A stretch of 64,000 nucleotides of DNA from Octopus bimaculoides (lineage: Eukaryota): NCBI RefSeq assembly GCF_001194135.2, contig NC_068989.1:44227373-44291372 (forward strand), in the 5' to 3' direction. The notes under the pieces were generated by a model. The model was not told where the DNA came from. It did not search any database and saw only the letters and a program-made list of their open reading frames with translations. Of the stretch, positions 37,860 through 51,060 are shown in pieces. A program made the translations under genes and the position numbers. The first letter of the stretch is position 1. Every line of letters starts with the position of its first letter.

Positions 37860-39130
37860 TAAAGTCTTTGGGGAGCATAAAGAACAGCTAAGAGTCTCTA
37901 CAAACAAAACAACCTGCAGAGATCAGATCTGTGGTGCAAGATTCTAGCCAAAAGAAAGATGATGTGATAGGAGAATTATATTGTAGATAGTCATAACAGC
38001 TGAAAGAAAGGCTTAGCTAGAAGAGAACTGAATGTCAAGTACACTTAGCACAGAGAGTAGGGAGTAAAAAATGTGCACATGTTCTATGACATGAGGTTCA
38101 AGGGTATACTAGAGAGAATCAAGATGTCACCGGGGAGAAATGTGTATGGAAAAATGATGGCACACTTGCCCTTACTGATGCTGAAAAGAAAGGTGCATGG
38201 ACACATTATTATAAGTAGTTGTTTAACTAGAGAGAAGAAGTCTGTTCTATGTAGATGTAACAGAAAATCCTGTTATTGAAGTTAACAACAGTATGGTAAA
38301 AATATATGAAGTGAAAGCAGCTAAACTAACAGAGATAGTCACTGAGCTACCAAAAATATCTGGTAATGTTGGTCACATGTTAGTCACACACATAATCAGG
38401 AAGTACAAGGTGTCATACCCATTGACTACCAAATCCTATAAGGGCAAAGATGTTCAAGAAAGAAGTAGCAACATTATCAGGTTAATAGATCAAGTGATAA
38501 AAGTTATCAAAAGAATTTGGAAGAGATTTAGTCAAGATGAGGTGCAGTTTGACTTTGCATTACAAAGAATCTCTCTCAGTATTCCCCTGTGAGACAACTG
38601 CAGAAGTGTTTAGCTTGGAGTGAATAAGCCACTATATTTAGCATTTGCTGACCTAGGAAGGCAATACATTAGTCTTTTGGTCACCAAAGAAACTAAATGT
38701 AAATGAATAGATTGAGACTATGGACAGACGTGTAGCCATCAAGACAGGAGTTAACAATGAATACTTCAATGATTTTTAGCATGCTGTAATGGTTATAGAT
38801 GCTTCTCAGTTCTCTATCCTATTTATTACAGTCTTCCAGGCCATGAAAGTAGAATTTAAGGCTGGCTGTTTATGCAGAGTTCATGTACTTGAGTCTAAAG
38901 GCCTGAAATCAAATTTATCAAAAACTGAGTTTTAGTAAGTAGGAAACAAATCAGGTCTCTACAACCATCAAGGGAATGGATGTACTGGATATGTACAAAG
39001 GGAGAATATGGAAATTCCAAATGGTGTATCCAATAGATACAGAAGAGATATAGTGGCATTATAACTAGGTTGAGAGAGAAGTTAGACTTTATAGTGAAAT
39101 TGTCGATTAAATGGCACACTATAATCTAGT
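37860..39130 (+). mobile_element. Highly degenerate RTE-clade LINE reverse-transcriptase region
   Basis: Residual CVWKNDGTLALTDAEKKGAW, SYKGKDVQERSSN..RLIDQVIKVIKRI, DEVQFDF and Y-x-AFADLGR motifs, with many stops and frameshifts. Confidence 0.75.
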
Positions 39131-40290
39131 CAGTATGAGAGAAAGAGTGGGGTCACCATTTTGTTCATAACAACAAGAAAATAGATATTCATGAGACGTT
39201 TGTAATAAGTCATAACATATTTATTACTGGAGGTAATGCGTTAACATATAAGGTTAATTGAAGGAAAGCTTTTAACCTTACATGAATATATTCTGTAAGC
39301 AATCACATGTCTCCAAGTAAGTGAGGCGAACATGTGTGCAAGCTGGTGTGTATGTGGTGGCTTGACTCAAATGCATGTTGAAGAATCAACAGACACTGAG
39401 TGGCACGAATTTAGAAATTCCTTCCTTTATAGAAGGGATGAACCAGAAGTCCCCGACTTCCACGTAAACCAGAAGCTTCAGAATGTTCGAGAACTTTCTA
39501 GAAGCTCAAGGGAGATTACTCTTGTTAAATCCTTTTTTCCGTTTTGCTTTCCTGCTTGACCACAAGGTTCACTACAACTTCAAATGCAGTTAATGCACAG
39601 AAGCTGTCAGTTGTAAGAGTACACATGTAATTGATTCTTTCAACTCTCAAAATGCTCCCTTAAACATAGTTGACAGTTGTTACTTGGGTGATCTAGATGA
39701 GGTTGGTGTTTTAAAAGCATTGTAGTCAGGAAAAAAGTAAGATTTGGGAAAATTGTAGGGAGCTATTACCATAACATAACTCTCAGGGTGATGGGCTGAT
39801 TGAATGATGCTATTGTATGAAATGTGATCTGCAGAAATGAAATATGAACATTGAAAGATCTCTAAAGACTAGGAGAAAATGAAGTTAGCATATTCCAGTA
39901 GATGTATAATGCTAAAGACTGTGAACAATGCCTTGAATGAGCTGAGAGAAAAAAAAGCTGGATATAAGAAGGAAGAATTAAATATAATCTGCCAAAGAGA
40001 GAATGGTAATGGCACAAGTATGTGATACATATAAAGGCTGTCAGTTGTATTAAGAAGTGTTTACTGTTTAGAAATAATACATTTCTAAATCTCTCAGAGA
40101 GATTTATGCAGTAGTGATACAATGAAGTAGTTGTATGCTGTCAACTTAATGTGACAGTCCCCTGAAAGGAATAATACTACTGTTGGTTAGACCTAGGAAG
40201 CTGCACCGCTTCCTGTCGGCCTTGACACATTTCCTGTGTCCTTATATTTACAAAGGGGAGACAAGCACCTCCACCCAGCTAAGCCTGCAT

Positions 40291-40331
40291 CCAGAGACAT
40301 GTTTCTGAGTCTTTGCTCGTCCACAGTCTGG
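40291..40331 (-). ncRNA. Minimal type-I hammerhead-like motif (family 1), core mutated
   Basis: Minus strand reads CCAGA-CTGTGGA-CGAG-CAAAGA-CTCA-GAAA-CATGTC-TCTGG. Helix I is CCAGA/TCTGG and helix III is the palindromic ACATGT. Confidence 0.45.
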
Positions 40332-40618
40332 AGTAGCTTGATCTACTAGTCAAAGATGTCTGTCAAGCTCTTGCAAACATATCATAATTCTAGTGAAATA
40401 CATTCACTGTTTCTAAATCTCTCTAAATCCCCTTCAGGGAACTGTCACGTTAATTTGACAACATGCAACTACTTTATCATATCACTACTGCATAAATCTC
40501 TCTGAGAGAGTTAGAAATGTATTATTTCTAAATTTGAAATCAGTGAATGTGTTTCACTAGAATTATTATATGTTTGCAAGAGCTTGACGGGCATCTTCGA
40601 CTAGCAGGTCATGCTACT

Positions 40619-40659
40619 CCAGATTGATGATGAGCAAAGACTCAGAAACAAGTCTCTGG
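40619..40659 (+). ncRNA. Minimal type-I hammerhead-like motif (family 1), C3 mutated
   Basis: CCAGA-TTGATGA-TGAG-CAAAGA-CTCA-GAAA-CAAGTC-TCTGG. Helix I has 5 bp and helix II has 4 bp (TGAG/CTCA), with a GUC triplet. Confidence 0.5.
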
Positions 40660-42770
40660 ATGCAGGCTTAGCTGGGTGGAGGTGCTTGTCTCCCCCTTGT
40701 AAACATAAGGACACAGAAAATGTGTCAAGACTGACAGGAAGTGGTGCAGCTTCCTAGGTCTAACCAACAGTAGTATTATTCCCTTCAGGGGACTGTCACA
40801 TTAAGTTGACAGCATACAACTACTGTTTACAGAACTTGGAGAAGAAGGAAACCAAGGAAAATATGGGATGAAGAAGTCAAAACTGATCTCAAGATACTGA
40901 AACTCAAAAAAGATGACAAAGAACTGCAATATGTGAGAAGACCCATCCATCCTTTCAAGCATAGCAAAAGCAGATGTTAAAACGATGGTCATGATAAAGT
41001 TTGTGTGTGTATTTGGATTTCTCACTCATAATATTACTGGAAAGCCTCCATCTGCTGCACTCTTCTACCATTTACTCTCTTATTCATTACACATATCAGC
41101 TGTGTAATGGTAGATAGTACTAGATATTTTTGTATCCAATCTCCCTGCCATCACAATTCTGGTATAATGTGGGACAACATCAAATCTGTCCACATTTCAT
41201 AGCATTTGTCATTTCTCTTCTTTATTGTTGGCCATCAATCTTTCTTTCCCATGTCATTCATTATTGACAACTGTTACAATGGCCATTTCTATTGCTGTCT
41301 GTCACTCAATCTCTATCTTTATTCCTACTAAATACAAACACACTCTTTATCTGACTGTCTGTCTGTCTTTCTCTCTTCCTTCCTCTATCACTTCTTAACA
41401 TACATCACCCTCACCTACACCCTCTCCCACTTCCATTCTCTCTTTTGCCCCATCATTCTCTCTTGCTGCATTACAACATTCATGCAATTTTCTATTCAAT
41501 GTCTTTACCAACAGTCGTCATGTAGCTGTCTATCACTATCTCTCTTCCACTAATGCTCCTCTATCACATTTCCACTCCTATCGCTCAGTTTCTCCCATTA
41601 TATTCACCCTCTTCTTTTCCTCTTTTAACCTAGTTCTTTCTGTCATCACTCTTTGCTCTGTTTATGCTCTGGGTCATGTTGCCTTGAATAAATGGAGACA
41701 ATATAATGTAGAGAGAACTCTTGAGTCTTGACATAAGTTTCTTTTTGGAGATATAGGATCACTAAGATATATTTTGGAAGCCAAGCCTTCAATGACATGA
41801 TCTAATGTGTCCTTTTTCATTAAGATCACAGGATGTGATTTGAAAGACATCATAATAGAGACTGAAAAACAGATTTTGAACTGTCCAAAAGAGTTCATCT
41901 TTGACTAGTCATAAGCATACCTCAACTTACATACCTCAACACAAGCATACCTCAACTTACATTGTTTCAAGTTAAATTTTCTTCAACTTTACATGTTTAA
42001 ACCTCAACATAGTCAACTTATCCAAATTTGTCGATCTCAATGAACATATTTAAAAGCATAAAAATTCTTAAAACATTTAAAAACTGAAGTGGAAAATCAA
42101 ATAAAATACAGGTGAAAATATAAACTAAGGCAATTTTTAAATGTTTTTTTTTTATGTTACATCATTTTTTGAGTTAAATTGCATGTCGTGGAACCAAAAG
42201 TATATAAGCTGAGGTATTCTTGTACTTTCGTGGACACTTCATTTGGAACATTGATGCTTAAGAGTTAAGAATCCTCTTGAAACGGTCCATAGCCCTTTAT
42301 TCAGCATTGATTCTTCAAGTTCTGAGGTTGATGACTCAGTTTTCTAATTTAAGATTGTTTTTTTGTTTTTTTTTTCCAGAAATACTTTCCTTCTCAAGAA
42401 CCTGTAGTTTCCCCTGATATAGATCACCTTAATCTTCTCAGGTGTTATATTGTTAAACTGCACAATATATCTTGGTATGTGTGGTCAAGATCACTCAACA
42501 ATATTATCATGGTTTCAAAGGCAGTGAGCTGGCAGAATCATTAGCATGCCAAGCAAAATGCTCAGCAGCATTTTATCTGTCTTTACATTCTGAGTTCAAA
42601 TTCTGTTGATATCGACATTTGCCTTCAGTCCTTCTAGGGTTGATGAAATAAGTACCAGTCGAACGCTGGGGTTTGACGTGGACTTATTTCCTGCACTGAA
42701 CTTACTGGCCTTGTACCAAAAGTTGAAACCAATATTACTAAGGCTTCTGCTTTCTGTATTAAATTTGATC

Positions 42771-42826
42771 ACATGTACTTTGATTTTGATCACATGTACT
42801 TTGATTTTGGTCATATGTACTTTGAC
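42771..42826. repeat. Short ~21-nt tandem repeat, about 3 units
   Basis: TTTGATCACATGTACTTTGAT twice, plus a degenerate third unit. Confidence 0.8.
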
Positions 42827-43409
42827 CCATGATGTCAGTTTATGTATTCTTTTAGAAATACAGAGCTAGCTCGCACTTTGGTCATTTTGATTTTTTAAGT
42901 ATAAATGTAAACAAACATGCATGTGTACACACACACTCAAACACACTTTTTTCAGTTTCTATTTACCAAATTTACTCACAAGGTTTTGGTTGGCCCAGAA
43001 CAGCAGTAGAAGGTCCTACATAATGGGACTGAACCTGAAACTCATGTGGTTGCAAAGCAAACAACTTCTTAACCACACAGTCATATCTGCAATAAAATGC
43101 TGCTTGCCTGTGTCTACTGTAGGCCTATAGACATAAATGAATAGACTGAGCCAGTTAAATTTCTTTTGCAATTCAAACTGCCACTCTGCCTCATACAACA
43201 AACCGCTGTTATGTTAGAATGTATAATCATAACATTCTCAGCCAGCCAGACAAAAACATGGGGGTATGCAAAGTACTCGATATGCGAGTCCTACCAAGAC
43301 ATTTCACCAGACACATATATTTGCAGACCATAGGTGTGGTCAAATATAATATGCACGGGATAGTACAACAATTCCAAAGTGTTAATAAAATAAATAAACA
43401 AAACTCATT

Positions 43410-43862
43410 ACTTACAGTGGACGGGTGGTGTCCTCATGTTGTTTGTTGTTACCACATTTCAGTTGATATACTCTCCAGCCTTCATCAGATGTTTTGGTGG
43501 AATTTTGAACCCAACCCTTTATTTGACTAATTGGGTACTCTGTTCTCATTCCTAAGGTATTTTTTTTTTTTTGTTGATGTTANNNNNNNNNNATGTTATT
43601 TTTTGCTTATATTATTTCTCAGATTCTGAGTTCAATCTCAGGCAGGGACTTGGGAAATAATATCAACAAAAACAAAAACAAAAACATCAGCAAAAAAAAA
43701 AAAAAGAATATCTTAGGAATGAGAACAGAGTACCCCATTAGTCAAATAAAGGGTTGAATTCAAAATTCCACCAGAACATCTGATGCAGACTGGAGAGTAC
43801 ATCAGCCAAAACATTGTCATAACAACAAACAAGGGCAGGACACCTATCCATCCATTGCAAAT
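43410..43862. mobile_element. Inverted pair of ~150-bp Penelope-like terminal repeats with degenerate hammerhead motifs (family 2)
   Basis: ~43410-43561 and ~43707-43862 are reverse complements. They read AACAT-CTGATGA-AGGCTGGAGAGTATATCAACT-GAAA (- strand) and AACAT-CTGATGC-AGACTGGAGAGTACATCAGCC-AAAA (+ strand). Confidence 0.6.
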
Positions 43863-44713
43863 AATGTACATAATTCCTCCATCTCAAAAATACAGAATAG
43901 TAAACAAAACTCAGTAACCAATAGAATGATTAAACATAACATTTATTTAGTATTTGGGATATTTCACATAGAATCCATAGCACAATGCTTTAGCTTTCTA
44001 GATCAAAGTTATTATTTTTTTTTTTCACGTATCACGAATGTGACGCAAAAATTGTTCAATTGATCAGTTTGTGTTTAGTACCTACCACCTTGGCAATGAT
44101 AAATATAAACTAGACATTCCTAGCATGGATTCTAAATGTAGGAGATTGCAAAGAAAAAAAAAATTTTTTTTTTTTTTCAATTAAAAAAAATATAAAAGGG
44201 CAGGGGTGTGGGGATAAAACAAAATAAAAAAAACATAAATAAATAAATTAAAGATAACCACATGAGGAAAAAAAATATTAAAACAACATAGAAGCAAAAT
44301 ACAAGGAAATGTGTTTGATTATAACAAATTTGTTTATATGTATTATTATGTAATAGTATAACATGTTGAAACAACGAATATACATACACAAATATATATA
44401 TATATATATAAGAGATATGTTTATGCTATGCTATTTTTTGTAAAAAAAAAACAAAAAAAAAACAAAAGAAAGTGCGTGATATATGCTTGTGTTAAAAATG
44501 TGCATTCGGTTGTGTGTTTGTGTGAAAAAACTAACTAGGGCACCAATCCGGTATTGCCATTTCATTCTGTATACACTACACAAATGACAAAGATGACAAT
44601 TTCATATATCTATATACACACACACACTTATATACATACATAAATACATATGTATAAATATAGATATAAATATCTAAATAAATATATTTATGTATACATA
44701 AATATGTATGTAG

Positions 44714-44757
<44 letters not shown>

Positions 44758-44815
44758 NNNNNNNNNNNNNNNNNNNNNNNNNNNNNNNNNNNNNNNNNNN
44801 NNNNNNNNNNNNNNN

Positions 44816-44848
<33 letters not shown>

Positions 44849-45464
44849 CTGGCGTTAGGAAGGGCATCCAGCTGTAGAAACTCTGCCAAATCAGACTGGA
44901 GCCTGGTGTTGCCATCCGGTTTCACCAGTCCTCAGTCAAATCGCCCAACCCATGCTAGCATGGAAAGCGGACGTTAAACGATGATGATGATGATATATAT
45001 ATATATATATGGTAGTTATATAAATATATAATATATATATATAGATATACATATATTCTTTTACTTGTTTCAGTCATTTGATTGCGGCCATGCTAGAGCA
45101 AGGCCTTTATACATATGTATGTATATGTATATATGCATGTATGTTAACATATCACTTGTACTAAAATATTTTAAAACATAATCTCATTATGTAATAAAAA
45201 GGAGAATTTTAACTGACCAATTAAAAGACCAATTATGTAGAGGAAGGGAAAAAGCCAATTGAATGAAGTTCCAGCATATTACTGGTACTTAGACTATTGA
45301 CGCTGGACATAATAAAATGCAAAGTTAAGTCTGCTGGGGTATGGGGGCATTTTTAAATTTGAAACTATGAAGTGGCAACTTTAATTATCATCCTATTTAT
45401 TATAATAACAGCATTAACATCAACAAAGAACAATAATAATAGTAACGATAGTAATAATAATAAC

Positions 45465-45507
<43 letters not shown>

Positions 45508-45788
45508 TCACAATAGCTCCCTGTAATATGTTATGTCACTACATTATGGTGACAGTTCACATTTTGGTGCCAATTAAGAGATTTAAAATATTAAGATGCC
45601 TAATTAACATTTTTCTTATTTTCCTGTCATTTTTGGTTTAAAAAAAAAATCAAAAACAAACAAAAAAAATTTTGATGATGGTTTCTGTTTATGAATGAAC
45701 TGTAATGAAAAGAAATGAATGAACTGATGTGATTGTTCTCATGTGACTATTACTACTACACATACACACACATGCAACACTTTCACAG

Positions 45789-45792
45789 ATAA

Positions 45793-45823
<31 letters not shown>

Positions 45824-45975
45824 CATTACATACATACATATATTACATACTTACATACATTACATACATACATATATTACATACTTACATACATTACATG
45901 CATACATACATACATTACATACATTACATACATACATGCATACATGCATACATACATACATAGACATACATATGC
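45789..45975. repeat. Compound (TACA)n/(TACAT)n microsatellite; the window also has many (TA)n, (CA)n, (GAT)n and (AAT)n tracts (e.g. 20327-20392, 30028-30065, 45430-45505)
   Basis: Directly visible simple repeats. Confidence 0.9.
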
Positions 45976-46375
45976 AACAGTAACATATTAATTTAGTGTT
46001 TTTGGTTCTTTTAATTAGTGTGAGGAAAAAAGGTGGTACTTCATTGAGCTCACCAGTCACCAAAGGGATGAGCTCGACGTTCAGACTGAGTCACTATGTG
46101 TCAGGTGAACAACTAACATATGCTTACAATGTATAAATTTTACACCATCATATAAATGCATGGCATTTTATAACTAAGAGAAAATCTAAGAATTTACTTT
46201 ATTATAATGTGCAGCACATACTCTGTTTGTTTTTACGTGAAGTTACATATAAAAACAATTTAATATTATATTTCTTAGTAAAGTACATATTTATTAACTT
46301 TTACTAAGAAAAAGTTGATATATAATGTGCCAATACGTGAATCTCTTGGACTTCAAACCACTCTCTTACTTCTGC

Positions 46376-46416
<41 letters not shown>

Positions 46417-46516
46417 TATTTATTTAAAGGGCACAATACATGTATTTAAGCACTACTAATAATTTTATATCCTTCAGGAATACTTTTTTGTTGAATTTTC
46501 TATCACAGTACAGTAC

Positions 46517-46553
<37 letters not shown>

Positions 46554-47556
46554 CTGGTTGAATAAGTCTTCAAGCAAAACTTTGAATCCCACTCAATATA
46601 TATATATGAAGCCTTGGGCCAACAGGCTTTGAGATCTGACAATATGCCATAAAGCTGGGAAACCTAAAATAATCTCATAAACTGGCCTTTCCCATTTTTA
46701 ATATATACAATGACCTCTGAGTGGATGAAAGGCAAAGTTGACCTCAGTGGAGTTTGAACTAAGAATATAAAAATGAATGAAACCCGCTAAGCAATTTTGT
46801 CTGACAGCTTGCCACCTTCACACACACAGAGTAATAAGACAATGTATATTGTAGAAATGTTTAATAGATGTTCCTAACTCATTTGTAAAGTATTTCCAAT
46901 CTTCTATTTCATATTTTTTCACACTGTTTACTAACATAGTATAATTTGTGCATTATTTCATACAGGAAATAATTATATTGCTCCACACACTGTTTTAATA
47001 TGGTCACTGTTGCAGCTGCATGCATTGGACCTCTCCCTCTCATAGAAGCACAAACACACATGCATACATACACACACACGTACCTGCATTCAATATACAT
47101 GCTTACACATATACCAACACTAATAAAGAAAGAAATCTAACAAAAGATTTGGCAATGTGGAAAGAAGAAAATATTGAAAAGTATAAAGTCTGTCTGATGA
47201 ATAAAAAAAGAAAAAATAAATACCAAGTAACTTGATAAATGTAAATTAGTTTTCTTTTAAAAATTAACAAAAAAAAAGAGATATTTTACTCAAATTGGTA
47301 TAAATTTTTCCTAAAGTCCTCTCCTCCAAAATGATTCTACTACCAAATATTTTCTTTTATTTAAATGGTTTGTATTTGTATTTTGGTCAGAATTTTGTTT
47401 TCTTTCTCAAATGAAATTGTTTTAAACATATTTTTATTTCATATATTGTTTGTTTGTTAATTTTTTTTTCATTTTGGCTTGTTTGTTCCACTGTGGGGAA
47501 AACAATTCCTATGTAATAATTAATGATCACACAGGTTGGTGAAGATGAGTCCAAGT

Positions 47557-47562
47557 TTTATT
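47557..47562 (-). terminator. Candidate polyadenylation signal (AATAAA) of timeless
   Basis: TTTATT on + is AATAAA on -, about 127 nt downstream of the predicted stop codon. Confidence 0.35.
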
Positions 47563-47688
47563 GCTATGATGCAATGCGATGTGATGTGGTGTGTGAAAGT
47601 GATGTAATGCGACACGATGTAATGTAATGAACTGATGCACTGTGATGATGTGATGGTAAAACATCAATATGAGTTTCCAGTGAAGAAT

Positions 47689-47746
47689 TCAAGAGGTTTC
47701 GATGATTTGGTTCATGCCACACGGATATCCAATCCAGTTTGGTAAA
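47689..47746 (-). CDS. tim: timeless terminal coding exon
   Basis: Acceptor ttttgtttctgtcctcag|T; (D)LPNWIGYPCGMNQIIETS, then TGA. Supported by splice signals and phase only. Confidence 0.65.
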
Positions 47747-48102
47747 CTGAGGACAGAAACAAAATGAAAGTTAAAAAAAACAATTAAACCAAAGAGCAAT
47801 GTTACTATGACAACACTTAGAGAATACTGCTATGGCAAATAACTAAATATCATTCAATTTGGTTAGCCTATAAAATATTTCCGATTTAGACATGAAGCCA
47901 GCAATTTTGAGTGATGAGCTTAGTCAATATCCACTACAAGACACTGGTACTTAAATGGTCCTTTATTTTATTGATCCTGAAAGGATGAAGGGCAAAGTTG
48001 ACCTCCATGGCATTTGAGTTCAGAATACACAGCGATAAAAGAAATATTGCAAGGCATCTTATCAGACTTCCTAAAAAATACGCCTACTCATTGCTTCAGT
48101 AT

Positions 48103-48140
<38 letters not shown>

Positions 48141-50645
48141 AATAATAAGGTACTCAGAGATATGGATGGTTGTACATTTACAGATTTTTATTGATATGTT
48201 ACATGTTTTTATAAATTATATATTAGCGCTTGCGTCTATCTAATAGATTCTTCAGATTTTGAAGAATCTATTAGAGTAGACGCAANNNNNNNNNNNNNNN
48301 NNNNNNNNNNNNNNNNNNNNNNNNNNNNNNNNNNNNNNNNNNNNNNNNNNNNNNNNNNNNNNNNNNNNNNNNNNNNNNNNNNNNNNNNNNNNNNNNNNNN
48401 NNNNNNNNNNNNNNNNNNNNNNNNNNNNNNNNNNNNNNNNNNNNNNNNNNNNNNNNNNNNNNNNNNNNNNNNNNNNNNNNNNNNNNNNNNNNNNNNNNNN
48501 NNNNNNNNNNNNNNNNNNNNNNNNNNNNNNNNNNNNNNNNNNNNNNNNNNNNNNNNNNNNNNNNNNNNNNNNNNNNNNNNNNNNNNNNNNNNNNNNNNNN
48601 NNNNNNNNNNNNNNNNNNNNNNNNNNNNNNNNNNNNNNNNNNNNNNNNNNNNNNNNNNNNNNNNNNNNNNNNNNNNNNNNNNNNNNNNNNNNNNNNNNNN
48701 NNNNNNNNNNNNNNNNNNNNNNNNNNNNNNNNNNNNNNNNNNNNNNNNNNNNNNNNNNNNNNNNGCATATGGCTCAGTGGTTAGTGTCAAGCTCACAATC
48801 ATGAGGTAGTGAGTTCGATTACCAAACCGGGCTGTGTGTTGTGTTCTTGAGCAAGACACTTTATTTCACGTTGCTCCAGTTCACTCAGCCATAGAAATGG
48901 GTTGCAACATCACTGATGCCAAGCTGTATTGACATTTGCTTTTCCCTTGGATAACAACGGTGACATGGAGAGGGGAGGCTGGTATGCATGGGTGACTGCT
49001 GGTCTTCCATAAACAACCTTGCCCAGACTTGTGCCTTGGAGAGTAACTTTCTAGTTTTTTTGTTGTTGTTTTTTTACATTGCTCCAATCCACCCAGATGG
49101 CAAAAATGAGTAGTACCTGTATTTCAAAGGGTCGGCCTTGTTACATTCTGTATGATGCTGAATCTCCCTGTGAACTATGTGAAGGGTACATGTGTCTGTG
49201 GAGTGCTCAGCACGTTAATTTCATGAGCAAGCTGTTCCACTGATCAGATCATCTGGAACTCTTGTCATAGTAACCAATGGAGTGCCTGCTTTAATGTTCA
49301 GTGATTAAAGTCAGGATGCATATACAATTGCAAACTACAGTTTTGATACTTATGAGCGTAATGGCTAACTGAGTTGATCAGAATACTAATGGCTATCCAG
49401 CTGAAGGGTCAGCAACTTGGTTTTTCATGACCAACCCTATGTGGTATCAATAAGGCAATTCCTGTTAAAAGTTACCATGTCAAAATGCACAGTTCCCTGT
49501 TGTCTGCAGTGGGAGCACTGAATAACTAACAAGTATTTTGTTAACTTCTGGAAAAAGTTAAAATTCTCTTGTGGGTCTAGAGGAAACTAAAGGAACCAGC
49601 CAATAATATAGACAGCTAATTGTCTAAAAACTGCTAGTGGCTCAAGACAGGAGATACCGAACACACGAAAGAAGACAGTGGAGAAGACATAAACTTACTC
49701 AAAAGTTTTGTTTGATGAGACTGTGGTTTCAATATGCTCTGGATATCTTGAGAATGCTTTTGACATATTAAATCCCAGCATATCATCCAAATTAGATTTG
49801 TCTACAAAGAAATAAGAAATATAAATAAACAGGGATATCTTTTTTTTTTGTTTATTTTAATGTTTTTAGATATTGAATAAGTCATTAAGGATAAAATTTG
49901 TGGTACCATTCAAATTAATATTGCATACATGCATGCACACACACACACACACACATGCACATACATACATATATGTCATCATCATCATCATCATTTAACA
50001 TCACTGCTCCATGCTAGCATGTGTTGGATAAGTTGACAGGATCCAAAAGGTCAGAGAGCTGCATCGTGTTCCAATGTCTGCTTTGGTAAGGTTTCTACAC
50101 CTGGTTGCCCTTCTTAATAGCAACCACTTAGCAACAAGTATTGAAAATTTTTTTTTTTTTTTTTTTGTGACACCTGCACCACTGAGGTCATTGTGCAGCT
50201 TGCGAGGCTACAATCCCCTTTGGTTGAGGAGATTGACAGTAGGGAGAGAAACGACTTTAGGCTTGATATTGTATCATCATCATCATCATTTAACGTCCAT
50301 TCCCATGCTGGCATGAGTTGGATGGTTTGACTAGAGCTAGCAAGCTGAAGAGCTGCACTAGACTCCACTGTCTGTTCTAGCATAGTTTCTATGACTGGAT
50401 GCCCTTCCTAACATCAGCCACTCCCTGGAGTGTACTGGGTGCTTTTTTTATGTGACACTAGCATTGATATCAATTCTACTGTGGTGAACAGGTCTTCTTG
50501 AGTACAGCAGTCTGATAGATATCTCAGTTCTTCGTTAACGCCTTTCTAAGGCTCAGTGTTTTGAGATTGGTGTTCAATACTTCATCCTACATCTTCCAGG
50601 GTCTCCCTCATCCAAAAGTTCCATCCACTTTAGGTGATTGACACT

Positions 50646-50709
<64 letters not shown>

Positions 50710-51027
50710 TACATACATGCATGCATACTTATAAAATCTTCTGTTGTATCTTAGAAAGTTCGTTATGCCTATAATAAACATGGTTCTATTTCACGATTGT
50801 TTGATTAGTCATTTAGTCAATCACTCAATCAGCTAGGTTGGATAAACAATCAGTTACCAATTGACAAATGAATATAAAAGACGTAAAACAGAATCAATGT
50901 GTGTGTTTATTACTGGTGTAATGACTTTCCTGGCAAGCATGGTTGTGTGATAAGAAGCTTGCTTCACAACTACATGGTTGTGGGTTCAGTTCCACAGTGT
51001 AGCACCTCAGGAAACTGAAAGAAGCCT

Positions 51028-51060
<33 letters not shown>

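Larger units (their letters stand above)
40067..40823. mobile_element. Nested inverted-repeat relic (Penelope-like/retrozyme-type terminal repeat) carrying two hammerhead-like motifs
   Basis: 40127-40409 is the diverged reverse complement of 40541-40823. 40430-40532 is the reverse complement of ~40067-40168. A shortened copy lies at ~16884-17020. Confidence 0.75.

Noticed and set aside
47712-47746. VYQTGLDIRVA* as the primary tim C-terminus
   Set aside because: A well-formed 103-nt exon at 49699-49801 shifts the phase, so this frame is kept only as a possible skipping isoform.
1213-48859. Long ORFs in the track containing runs of X (e.g. 3057-3971, 10599-11498, 17475-18623, 24289-25646)
   Set aside because: They are artefacts of translating through N gaps.
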